34,445 nucleotides of DNA from Bacillota bacterium (GCA_041695105.1 JBGFRN010000305.1:1-34445), one strand, 5' to 3'; numbered from the stretch's first letter, positions 19,926 to 31,671 are shown. Program-made: numbers and translations. The notes: generated from the letters alone by a model not told the origin.

Positions 19926-21668
19926 TTACTTGTTGAGATACAGCTCTTCCAGGTTCCAGATAATGCTCGACTTCGGGTGACCCGAGACCGGGCCGGCCAG
20001 CTTCTTATTGTAGCCGGTAATTGAGTTCGGGAAGTAGAGGAAGACGTAAGGCTGCTCGTCAGAGACAACCTTCTGGAACTCAGCGTAGATCTTCTTACGC
20101 TCGGTTTGGTCGATGGTGGTCCGGCCCTTTTGCATCAGCTCGTCGAGGGCCTTATTCGAATAGCTGATGAAGTTGTAGGATTCCCCGGTATGCCAGATGC
20201 TCCAGGGATCGGGATCGGCATCGAGCGACCAGCCGACGATCACGGCTTCAAAATTCTTGGCCAGCAGATGGTTCTTGACCATGGCCGGCCAGTCAACATA
20301 TTGGGTTTCGACCTGGATGCCAACCTTCTTGAGCTGATCCTGTACTACCACAGCGGCCTGCTCGCGAATCTTGTTGCCCTTGTTGGTCATCAGGGCAAAT
20401 TTGAACTTCTGGCCGTTCTTTTCGAGGATGCCGCCGGTGCCGGGCTTCCAGCCGGCTTCCTCTAGGAGCTTCTTGGACTTGACCACGTCATAGGGGAACT
20501 TGACCACCGAGTTCTCGTCGTAGGACCACAGAACGGGCGAGCCGTGGGTCCAGGCCGGAACACCGTGACCCTTGAACAGCTCCTTAATCATGTTCTCCTT
20601 GTCCAGGGCGTGCGAGATGGCCTGGCGGACCTTCTGGTCGGCGAAGAGCGGGTTCTTCAGGTTGAACCCGAGGTAGGTGTAGGAGAGCTGGGGGAACTCA
20701 AGGATGGTGACGTTCTTGGCGTTGTTCTTGAAGTGCTCGAACTGGTCGGGAGGAATAGCGTCGAACCCGTCGATCTCGCCTCGCTCCAGGGCGGCGGCGG
20801 CGGTGTTGGTGTCAGGAATGACCCTAAAAATAACCGTTTCGAGGTAGGGCTGGCCCGCCTTGAAGTAGGCCTGGTTGCGGACCAGGGTGACGTGAGAAGC
20901 GGTCACCCAGTCCTGGAACTTGTAGGGGCCAGTGCCAACCGGTTTGCGATTGAAGGCGTCTTCCTTCATCGTCCAAGGTTTGTCCTTGAGCAGGTGCTCG
21001 GGGACGATACCCATCGACAGGCTGGAGAGAAACGGAGCGAACGGCTTGTCTAGCATGAAGGTGACGGTATCGTCCTTTACGGTAATGGCGCCGCTCTTTT
21101 CCTTCCACTCGGTCCAGGCGGCCTCGCCCTGCTTGCGGTACTCATCTTCTCTTATCTTTTTGTCGTCGAGCTGCTTCTTTAGGTCGCCGAGCTTTTTGAT
21201 CAGACCCCCGGCCCCGGCCAGGGTGTCGACATTGCTCCGATACGGCCCGGAGTAGCCCGGATGCAGCAGGGCGTGAAAGGTGAAGGCAACGTCGCTTACC
21301 TTAAGCGGTTGACCGTCATGCCACTTGACGTCCTTGCGCACGGTAACAGTATAGGTCTTGCCGTCGGGCGAAATATCGACCTTGGTGGCCAGGTCATTCT
21401 GGACCTGGAGCTTGGTGTCGAAGGTCACCAGTCCATTGAAGATCTGACCGGCGATCTGGTCGCTGGAGTTGTCGTTGATGTAGAGCGGGTTGAGGTTATT
21501 GGCCTCCCCGATCTGAGCCCAAACGAATTTCCCCCCGGTGGTCGGGCCTGCCGGTTTCTGATCGGTGGCGGGCTGAGTCTGGCCGCCCCCGCATCCCGAC
21601 AAGGCGGCACTGAGTGAGAATACGGCCACCAGGACAAGAGCCACCCAAAGGCGCGAGCTGCGAAACAT
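19926..21668 (-). CDS. Peptide/nickel ABC transporter substrate-binding lipoprotein (family 5 SBP, OppA/DppA type)
   Basis: ~580 aa. I place the start at ATG 21668, preceded by GAGGGGGA. This gives MFRSSRLWVALVLVAVFSLSAALSGC, a signal peptide with lipobox. Confidence 0.88.
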   Translation of the reverse strand: MFRSSRLWVALVLVAVFSLSAALSGCGGGQTQPATDQKPAGPTTGGKFVWAQIGEANNLNPLYINDNSSDQIAGQIFNGLVTFDTKLQVQNDLATKVDISPDGKTYTVTVRKDVKWHDGQPLKVSDVAFTFHALLHPGYSGPYRSNVDTLAGAGGLIKKLGDLKKQLDDKKIREDEYRKQGEAAWTEWKEKSGAITVKDDTVTFMLDKPFAPFLSSLSMGIVPEHLLKDKPWTMKEDAFNRKPVGTGPYKFQDWVTASHVTLVRNQAYFKAGQPYLETVIFRVIPDTNTAAAALERGEIDGFDAIPPDQFEHFKNNAKNVTILEFPQLSYTYLGFNLKNPLFADQKVRQAISHALDKENMIKELFKGHGVPAWTHGSPVLWSYDENSVVKFPYDVVKSKKLLEEAGWKPGTGGILEKNGQKFKFALMTNKGNKIREQAAVVVQDQLKKVGIQVETQYVDWPAMVKNHLLAKNFEAVIVGWSLDADPDPWSIWHTGESYNFISYSNKALDELMQKGRTTIDQTERKKIYAEFQKVVSDEQPYVFLYFPNSITGYNKKLAGPVSGHPKSSIIWNLEELYLNK

Positions 21669-21769
21669 CTTCAAATATTTCCCCCTCGGAGGCTGACTAA
21701 GGATCACTTTCTCCTGCAAACGCAGTGTGCCTATTCGACAAATATATCGCCGTTCCTGCAGTTTTCGCT

Positions 21770-21788
21770 ATTTAAGCATGGCTTAAAT
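21770..21788. promoter_or_regulatory. Perfect 8-3-8 inverted repeat ATTTAAGC-atg-GCTTAAAT upstream of the peptide transporter operon
   Basis: Seen directly in the 85-nt gap between the cytochrome c stop (21805) and the SBP gene. Its role as operator or hairpin is unknown. Confidence 0.3.
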
Positions 21789-21804
21789 GCTGGTTTCAAT
21801 GGCT

Positions 21805-22635
21805 TTAATCAATATTTGGCGAAATATTTATGTCTTCGTTCCGGCGATGGATTGCCTTTTTGATAACCAGACCGGTGCCCACGGCTAGGACCGCTCCCAG
21901 CCCCAGCCATACAACCCTCGGAATTAGCGGGCTCTTGACGTGGAAGGAGACAGTGTGGATCGCGTCCGGATTGAACGGCCGTCCCTGTTTATCGACCAGC
22001 CGGACCGTAACCAAATGGGGACCGGGCTTGACGTCTGAAAAAACAAACGAGGTCATTCCCCCGGAGTATTCGGGCCCTCCGTCCAGTGAATAGCGGACCT
22101 GGCCCTCCAGGCCGGAGAAATTGGCCAGGTGAATCCTGACCGGAACATTGCCGGCTTCGATCGCCGCCCCGTCCTCCGGCTGGTAGATGTGAACCCCTGG
22201 AGCCCTGGTCGGCTTTTTGAGCTCAGCCGCGCCCTGCGGGAGGGTCCGGACGTAGGAAATGGTCAGCCAGATCTCTCGCTCCGGAAGAATCGCGTCGAAC
22301 CCGGGCATTGTCCGGGCGCCCTTGGCCACCCGCCAGTAAAAGAACCCGTCAGGCATGTGATTGATGGCCGCGGCCAGGTCGGGCGGCTTGCTGATTGCCC
22401 CGGTAGGCCCGTCGCCTTTGCCGGTCAGACCGTGGCAGTTCTGACAATGGTTCTGATAAAGGCGTTTGCCCTCGGTCAGAGCCTGTTGGGTAACCTCGAT
22501 CGGGTTTCGCAGGCCGGCGTACTCGGAGGGAATCTGGACATTGTGGGCCAAAACCGGGGTTGGCAATAAAAAAAGAACCCCTAATGACAAAGCCAATCTA
22601 GAGATCAAGAACAGAACCCTGACGATAAATACCAA
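21805..22635 (-). CDS. Membrane-anchored monoheme cytochrome c fused to a beta-sandwich-like domain and a C-terminal TM helix
   Basis: Signal peptide ...PTPVLA/HN. There is a single CQNCH heme c motif with a distal Met region (ARTMPGF). A ~100-aa domain follows (VHIYQPEDG...VRYSLDGG...HLVTVRLVD), then a hydrophobic helix and a basic tail. The start is uncertain: the track GTG at 22671 has no RBS and overlaps the csoR promoter, so I use TTG at 22635. Confidence 0.68.
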   Translation of the reverse strand: MVFIVRVLFLISRLALSLGVLFLLPTPVLAHNVQIPSEYAGLRNPIEVTQQALTEGKRLYQNHCQNCHGLTGKGDGPTGAISKPPDLAAAINHMPDGFFYWRVAKGARTMPGFDAILPEREIWLTISYVRTLPQGAAELKKPTRAPGVHIYQPEDGAAIEAGNVPVRIHLANFSGLEGQVRYSLDGGPEYSGGMTSFVFSDVKPGPHLVTVRLVDKQGRPFNPDAIHTVSFHVKSPLIPRVVWLGLGAVLAVGTGLVIKKAIHRRNEDINISPNID

Positions 22636-22654
22636 CTGCCTTTCTTGCGACCCA

Positions 22655-22684
22655 TTGACATTTTCCTTCACCGGGAAATATTAT
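22655..22684 (+). promoter_or_regulatory. Sigma-A-type promoter of the csoR-ATPase operon (TTGACA-18 nt-TATTAT)
   Basis: TTGACA at 22655-22660 and TATTAT at 22679-22684, 46 nt upstream of the csoR start. Confidence 0.55.
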
Positions 22685-22690
22685 TTAAAC

Positions 22691-22712
22691 ATCCCCCCCA
22701 GGGGGAGGGGAT
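22691..22712. promoter_or_regulatory. GC-tract pseudo-palindrome ATCCCCCCCAGGGGGAGGGGAT, candidate CsoR operator
   Basis: 8 of 11 positions are self-complementary. It lies immediately downstream of the -10 element. Known CsoR operators are C/G-tract inverted repeats of similar form. Confidence 0.5.
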
Positions 22713-22729
22713 AAAGGAGGCGGGAGAAA

Positions 22730-22996
22730 TTGAGCCATCCGCAGAGTCAGGATATTATTAACCGATTAGCCAGGGTTGAGGGACACGTTCGGGCAATTAA
22801 GCAGATGGCCGAGGAAGGCAAGTCATGCGCCGATGTCCTCCATCAAATCGGTGCCGTGCAGGCCGCCCTGCGCAAGGTCGCCCAGCTGGTCTTGGAAGAT
22901 CACCTCGACCACTGCATCACTAAATCGACTCAGGAAGGCCAGGCCCAGGCAATGATCGACGGCCTCAAAACCGCCTTGGCCAGCTACCTGAGGTAG
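22730..22996 (+). CDS. csoR: CsoR/RcnR-family metal-sensing transcriptional repressor (x-C-H-C Cu(I)-type ligand pattern)
   Basis: 88 aa containing NRLARVEGHVRAIKQM..., Cys in KSCADVLHQ, and H-x3-C in EDHLDHC. TTG start with AAAGGAGG RBS. Confidence 0.85.
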   Translation: MSHPQSQDIINRLARVEGHVRAIKQMAEEGKSCADVLHQIGAVQAALRKVAQLVLEDHLDHCITKSTQEGQAQAMIDGLKTALASYLR

Positions 22997-23016
22997 CCGC
23001 GCTGAGGGGTGATATC

Positions 23017-24930
23017 TTGAAACCTATTTCCGATGTAGTGGCTCCCTTAAGGGCCCGCAAGCTCCTGGACATCAGGTGGTACAAGCAGAACTGGACCCTG
23101 GTGTCGACCATCATCTCCGGAATCGCCCTGATCTGGAGCTGGACCGGCTGGTGGCGCGCCTGGCTCCCGGTCGATCCGGCCTGGGTGGCCATTGTCCTGA
23201 GCGGTTTCCCGATCCTCAAACTTGGATTCATGGGCGTTTTCGTTTTCCGGGATCTAAAGGCCGGGGTGCTGGTGAGCATCGCTCTCATTGCCGCCGTCGC
23301 GATCGGCGAGTATTTTGCGGCCGGCGAGGTCGCCTTCATCATGATGGTTGGCGAACTTCTTGAGGTGCATACCGTCCGCCGGGCGCGACAAGCAGTTACC
23401 AAGCTGGTCAGCCTGGTGCCTCAGACCGCCCGTGTTCGCAGGAACGGGGCCGAAGAAGAAATCCCCGTCGCCAGGGTTCGGCCTGGCGACCTGGTACTGG
23501 TCAAGCCCGGTGAACGCATCCCGGTAGACGGCCGGGTCACTTCCGGCCTTTCGGCTGTGGACCAATCGGCGATCACCGGAGAATCCATGCCGGTTGACAA
23601 ACGGCCTGGCGATGAGGCCTTCATCGGGACGCTGAACCAGTTGGGCGTCCTCGAAATCGAAGCCACCCGGGTCGGCGAGGACACTACTCTGGCACGGGTT
23701 GTAAAGCTGGTGGCCGAGGCGGAAAAGAAGAAGGCTCCCGTCCAGCGGCTGGCCGACAAATGGGCTAACTGGCTGGTTCCGGCGAGCTTGATCACCGCAA
23801 TTATCGTTTATCTCTGGACCAAGGACATAGTGCGGGCCGTAACCATCCTGATCGTCTTCTGCCCGTGTGCCCTGGTCCTGGCGACTCCCACGGCCATCGT
23901 GGCCGGAATCGGTCGGGCGGCCAAAAACGGAATCCTGATCAAGAGCGGAGCGGCCCTGGAGGCTGCCGGCCGGGTAGACGCCATCCTCTTTGACAAGACC
24001 GGCACTCTCACCTACGGGCGTCCCCGAGTGGTTGGACTCCTGGCCCTCAGCGGCCGGGAAGAGGATGTTCTCCTGACCGCGGGGGTGGCGGAGAAGTTCT
24101 CCGAGCATCCGGTAGCCCGGGCCATTTTAGCCGAGGCCAACCAGCGAGGCCTGACCCTACCTGACCCTGACGGGTTTGAAGTCTTGCTGGGGCACGGAGT
24201 TTCGGCCTCCAGGGGTGGGAAGAAGCTCCTGGTAGGCAACGCCCGGCTTTTTGCCGGGAAGGGAATCGAGATTCCTGGCGTAATCCAAGCCTGGCTGACC
24301 GCGGCCGAGGATCGCGGCGAAACGGCGCTGGTGGTCTCGGAGGACGAACAGGTACTGGGAGCCATTGGCGTCGCCGATGCTCTGAAAGATGGAGCTGCGG
24401 AGACGGTCAAGACCCTTGGCCGAATGGGCCTCCCCGAACTGGCCATGGCTACCGGTGACAACACCCGTACGGCGGCGGCAGTGGCCGAGGCCGTCGGTAT
24501 TACGGCGGTGTTCGCCGAACAGCTTCCCGGCCAGAAATCGGGGAGCGTGAAAAAGCTGAAAGACAAGGGCCGCCGGGTGGCGATGGTCGGGGACGGGATC
24601 AACGACGCTCCGGCCCTGGCTTCCGCCGATGTCGGCATCGCCATGGGCGTTACCGGAACCGATGTCGCCGTGGAGGCTGCGGACATCGCCCTGATCTCCG
24701 ATGATCTGGCCAAGGTACCGCAGATCTTCGAGCTGGGCCGCCATGTCCTACGGGTTATCAACCAAAACATCATCGCTTCGGCTGTCATTAATGTAGGAGC
24801 GATCATCCTCGCGGCGTACGGGATCATCGGTCCAGTGGCCGGCGCCCTTGTTCACAATGCCGGATCGGTGGCTGTCGTAGCGAATTCAGCCCGGCTGATC
24901 AGGAACAGGAGCGTCCAAACCACCCGATAA
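23017..24930 (+). CDS. Heavy-metal-translocating P1B-type ATPase without an N-terminal metal-binding domain
   Basis: 637 aa. Contains the CPC motif in the transmembrane region (VFCPCALVLATP), the phosphorylation site DKTGTLT, the hinge GDGINDAPAL, and TGES in the actuator domain. No CxxC HMA domain precedes the first helix. Confidence 0.9.
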   Translation: MKPISDVVAPLRARKLLDIRWYKQNWTLVSTIISGIALIWSWTGWWRAWLPVDPAWVAIVLSGFPILKLGFMGVFVFRDLKAGVLVSIALIAAVAIGEYFAAGEVAFIMMVGELLEVHTVRRARQAVTKLVSLVPQTARVRRNGAEEEIPVARVRPGDLVLVKPGERIPVDGRVTSGLSAVDQSAITGESMPVDKRPGDEAFIGTLNQLGVLEIEATRVGEDTTLARVVKLVAEAEKKKAPVQRLADKWANWLVPASLITAIIVYLWTKDIVRAVTILIVFCPCALVLATPTAIVAGIGRAAKNGILIKSGAALEAAGRVDAILFDKTGTLTYGRPRVVGLLALSGREEDVLLTAGVAEKFSEHPVARAILAEANQRGLTLPDPDGFEVLLGHGVSASRGGKKLLVGNARLFAGKGIEIPGVIQAWLTAAEDRGETALVVSEDEQVLGAIGVADALKDGAAETVKTLGRMGLPELAMATGDNTRTAAAVAEAVGITAVFAEQLPGQKSGSVKKLKDKGRRVAMVGDGINDAPALASADVGIAMGVTGTDVAVEAADIALISDDLAKVPQIFELGRHVLRVINQNIIASAVINVGAIILAAYGIIGPVAGALVHNAGSVAVVANSARLIRNRSVQTTR

Positions 24931-25061
24931 ACCTGCCGATTCCCTCCTCCAGCGAAACCTTGGGCTGGTATCCCAGGAGCCTCCGGGCCCTAGTGATACC
25001 GGCCCAGGTCATTTTCAAGCCCCCGGCCAGGCCCCCGGTAGGCCCCCGGTGGCTTACCTAC

Positions 25062-25346
25062 CTACTCCGGTTCGGCCGCGAAGCTTCCCCATTCGTAGCT
25101 CAATTGGTACCGCTTTCCGCAACAGGTGATGATATCGCCGGCCCTGGCGTCGCCGGGCAGCTCGATCAACCGGTCGCAGTTCGGGCAGGAGACTTTCTTA
25201 ACTTCTACGGCGACCAACTGGCCGCCCCGCTCCTCGAGCCGGAGCGTCAGGCCGGCACAGTTCTCGCAATCAAACTGATAGCCGTGCCCGGCCTCGGCCG
25301 GAATCTCTACGTCGAGAAGACATCCCGGGCAGTGGACGGTCTTCAT
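25062..25346 (-). CDS. Tandem zinc-ribbon protein (two LysW-like Cys4 ribbons), function unknown
   Basis: 94 aa. The Cys motifs are CPGC...CENC and CPNC...CCG. Its ATG lies 4 nt after the upstream stop, with a GGAGGT RBS inside the end of the upstream gene, which suggests translational coupling. Confidence 0.6.
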   Translation of the reverse strand: MKTVHCPGCLLDVEIPAEAGHGYQFDCENCAGLTLRLEERGGQLVAVEVKKVSCPNCDRLIELPGDARAGDIITCCGKRYQLSYEWGSFAAEPE

Positions 25347-25349
25347 GGG

Positions 25350-25604
25350 CTAGACCTCCCATCCGGCCAGGTTGAGGAGACGCTCGACCTTGCCCCGGTC
25401 AAAGCCCCGGATCAACTCACCGTTGATCTCAATCACCGGCGTCGCCCGCAGGCCGGTCTTGGCCACAAAGGCCTCCATGGCCTCCGGGCTGGCCGACACG
25501 TCAACGGCTTCGTAAGCAATTCCCTTAGACGAAAGAAACTCTTTCGCCACCCGGCAGGCCGCTCAGGTCGGGGTGTAGTAGACGACAACTTTCGGATCAG
25601 CCAT
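25350..25604 (-). CDS. Glutaredoxin-like (NrdH/YruB-type) thioredoxin-fold protein with an in-frame TGA at the first redox Cys: selenocysteine-protein candidate (U-x-x-C)
   Basis: ATG at 25604 with GGGAGGA RBS. The sequence reads MADPKVVVYYTPT-TGA(25565-25563)-AACRVAKEFLSSKGIAYEAVDV...PVIEINGELIRGFD. It aligns by eye with the Grx pattern VVIYT.P.CP.C..AK.fL...gi.ye..dv. The track shows only the post-TGA half (25350-25550). Confidence 0.62.
25530..25546 (-). other. Stem-loop 16 nt downstream of the in-frame UGA (bacterial SECIS-like)
   Basis: The mRNA reads CGAAAGA-GUU-UCUUUCG, and the stem can be extended by flanking G-C/G-U pairs. The apical loop contains G and U, and its position is compatible with bacterial SECIS spacing. 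Confidence 0.4.
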
Positions 25605-25695
25605 GGTATCCTCCCTTATCCTTCAACCCCGTAGCCCAGCGCCTTAAACGCCTATGGTGACGGCCAGTCCCGTCGAAAGCCATAGAAGGGTCTGG

Positions 25696-26088
25696 TTAGA
25701 GTGCCGGACGTTCCCCGCTTGGACTTAAACCCCCTTGACCCATTCTGGTGCAGGCCCGGATAACCTCAGCGTTATCAGCCACCAGCGATTGGGCCAGGCT
25801 GATCAAATCCTTCACCCTCGGGTCGGCCACGCGGTAGTAAACATGTTTCCCCTGACCGCGCGAGGTCACATAACCGCACCATTTCAAGCAGGCCAGTTGG
25901 TTTGATATCTGTCCCTGGGACATCCCGACTGCCTCGATCAACTGCCCGACGTTCATCTCCCCGCGTTCCAGGAGGAGCTCGATGATCCTCAGTCGACTAG
26001 GGTTGGCCAGGCCTTGGAAGAACTTGGCCCGGAGATCGTACTGGCGCTCAATAAATTCCTCGGATCTTGGTACGAGATCACTAGACAT
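25696..26088 (-). CDS. ArsR/SmtB-family metalloregulator with a C-x3-C in the recognition helix plus a C-terminal Cys (CmtR-like pattern)
   Basis: 130 aa. The winged-helix core is LANPSRLRIIELLLERGEMNVGQLIEAVGMSQGQISNQLACLKWCGYV. The cysteines are C67, C71 and C113. Confidence 0.86.
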   Translation of the reverse strand: MSSDLVPRSEEFIERQYDLRAKFFQGLANPSRLRIIELLLERGEMNVGQLIEAVGMSQGQISNQLACLKWCGYVTSRGQGKHVYYRVADPRVKDLISLAQSLVADNAEVIRACTRMGQGGLSPSGERPAL

Positions 26089-26114
26089 AACTGGCTCACA
26101 CTCACTCCAAAATC

Positions 26115-26134
26115 ATATTCAAATTTTTAAATAT
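26115..26134. promoter_or_regulatory. AT-rich imperfect palindrome ATATTCAAATTTTTAAATAT, candidate ArsR-type operator
   Basis: 16 of 20 positions are self-complementary. It sits between the -10 element and the arsR start codon. Confidence 0.4.
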
Positions 26135-26142
26135 GTAGACCT

Positions 26143-26171
26143 AATATACCAGCCTGCCCAAACTGTGTCAA
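26143..26171 (-). promoter_or_regulatory. Near-consensus promoter of the arsR-grx-zinc-ribbon operon (TTGACA-17 nt-TATATT with upstream TG)
   Basis: On the minus strand, TTGACA is at 26171-26166 and TATATT at 26148-26143. The spacer is 17 nt. Confidence 0.6.
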
Positions 26172-26268
26172 GAATCAAAAAATACTCTGCCTTTGCTCGT
26201 CAAGATTAGTAATGTTCAGATATCCAGCGGTAGTTGAGAGCAGTGGGTAAGAGTAGTTGGGTTGCACT

Positions 26269-26320
26269 CACTCAAATTTTTAACGATAAATCACAGGTGA
26301 TTGCATTAAAATTTTGAGTG
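26269..26320. repeat. Inverted repeat element 1: CACTCAAATTTTTAA-N22-TTAAAATTTTGAGTG, with an inner ATCAC-ag-GTGAT palindrome
   Basis: The 15-nt arms have one mismatch. Read directly from the sequence. Confidence 0.8.
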
Positions 26321-26439
26321 AAAATTTCCTATCGGGGGTCAAATTTACCCCCCGAGGTATTCAATCTCACCCCCTGGGGTATAAAAACCTGAGTTTTTGA
26401 CCTGGTCCGCCGGTTTTTGTGAACCCAGCCGGAGCCTCA

Positions 26440-26486
26440 CGCAATATTTTAACGCCCAGAGCCTGGTTTGCCATTAAAATATTGCG
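26440..26486. repeat. Inverted repeat element 2: CGCAATATTTTAA-N21-TTAAAATATTGCG, with an inner CCAG-agc-CTGG palindrome
   Basis: The 13-nt arms match perfectly. It shares the core ATTTTAACG...CATTAAAAT with element 1. Confidence 0.8.
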
Positions 26487-26532
26487 CGAGAGCCTGCCGG
26501 GTGCCCGCGTCGGGTTGACCCCAACAACAACC

Positions 26533-30938
<4,406 letters not shown>

Positions 30939-31072
30939 AATTTCCTCCGGGATATGTCTTTGGTTGGGGCGGACCGCTGGGGAATTAGCCTCCGCCCGCC
31001 AGCCCGTCCATAACAGTTTACAACTTTATCCGGCCCGGCGGTAGTCCGATGACCTTTGGTGCCGGTAACCTT

Positions 31073-31081
31073 TGGTATAAT
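31073..31081 (+). promoter_or_regulatory. Extended -10 promoter element TGGTATAAT upstream of the GerMN lipoprotein gene
   Basis: TATAAT at 31076-31081 with TG at 31073-31074, 42 nt before the GTG start. Confidence 0.4.
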
Positions 31082-31122
31082 GAAGCCAGGCGCAGTGCCT
31101 GCGCCCGAAAGGAATAGATTCT

Positions 31123-31671
31123 GTGAGAAACAAGGCTTTTCTCTTCATGTTGCTCCTGGTCATGGGAACCCAGGCGCTCTGGCTCTCCTCCTGCGCTCCC
31201 AAGGCCCCGGTTCAGGACCCACCCAAAAATCAGCCCGCCCCGGTCACCCCGGTGCCTGGCCGGGTGGATATGACCGAACGGGTCACCCTTTACTTCGGAA
31301 ACCCCAACGCCACCGGGGTCGTTCCGGTCAGGCGACCCAAGCCGGCAGAAGCCGAGATGATCCCGTATTTGGTCGAGCAGCTCAAGGACGGCCAAGGCTT
31401 GGGAGGGATTGTTCCGCGGGAGGCCAGGCTGCTCTCCTACCGCCGCGAGGGCGACCTGCTGGTGCTGGATTTCTCACGCGAATTCCAGACCAAAGCCCCC
31501 GGAGGAACCGCCGGGGAGTCGATCATGATCGCCGGGATAGCCAACACCTTTACCGAGTTGCCCTACGTCAAACGGGTGCTGATCCTGGTTGAGGGCAAGC
31601 CCCTGGAGACGGGGCACAACATTTACGACGAGCCGCTGCGGCGAAACGAGGGAAGGATCATCAGGGAGTAA
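31123..31671 (+). CDS. GerMN-domain lipoprotein (GerM-like sporulation/germination protein)
   Basis: 182 aa. It has a signal peptide with lipobox LSSC and a Pro-rich linker. The domain VTLYFGNPNA...LLVLDFS...ANTFTELPYVKRVLILVEG is typical of GerMN. Confidence 0.72.
   Translation: MRNKAFLFMLLLVMGTQALWLSSCAPKAPVQDPPKNQPAPVTPVPGRVDMTERVTLYFGNPNATGVVPVRRPKPAEAEMIPYLVEQLKDGQGLGGIVPREARLLSYRREGDLLVLDFSREFQTKAPGGTAGESIMIAGIANTFTELPYVKRVLILVEGKPLETGHNIYDEPLRRNEGRIIRE
31261..31671 (+). repeat. Direct repeat copy A (3' 411 nt of the GerMN gene)
   Basis: It aligns without gaps to 33000-33410 (offset 1739). I count 32 substitutions. Confidence 0.9.

Noticed and set aside
22636-22671. GTG at 22671 as the start of the cytochrome c gene
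   Set aside because: It has no SD, and the first 12 codons overlap the -35/spacer of the divergent csoR promoter. The TTG at 22635 still gives a complete signal peptide. The start remains uncertain.
25029-25050. 11-bp tandem repeat AGGCCCCCGGT x2 in the convergent gap after the ATPase
   Set aside because: It is short, GC-rich and low in complexity. There is no associated T-run or ORF, so it is probably incidental.
24960-25634. 224-aa plus-strand ORF spanning the ATPase-arsR gap
   Set aside because: It lies antisense to two minus-strand genes with recognisable folds and good RBSs (the zinc ribbon and the Grx-like gene). Its composition is Arg/Pro/Gly-rich and it has no motif. It is a typical high-GC shadow ORF.
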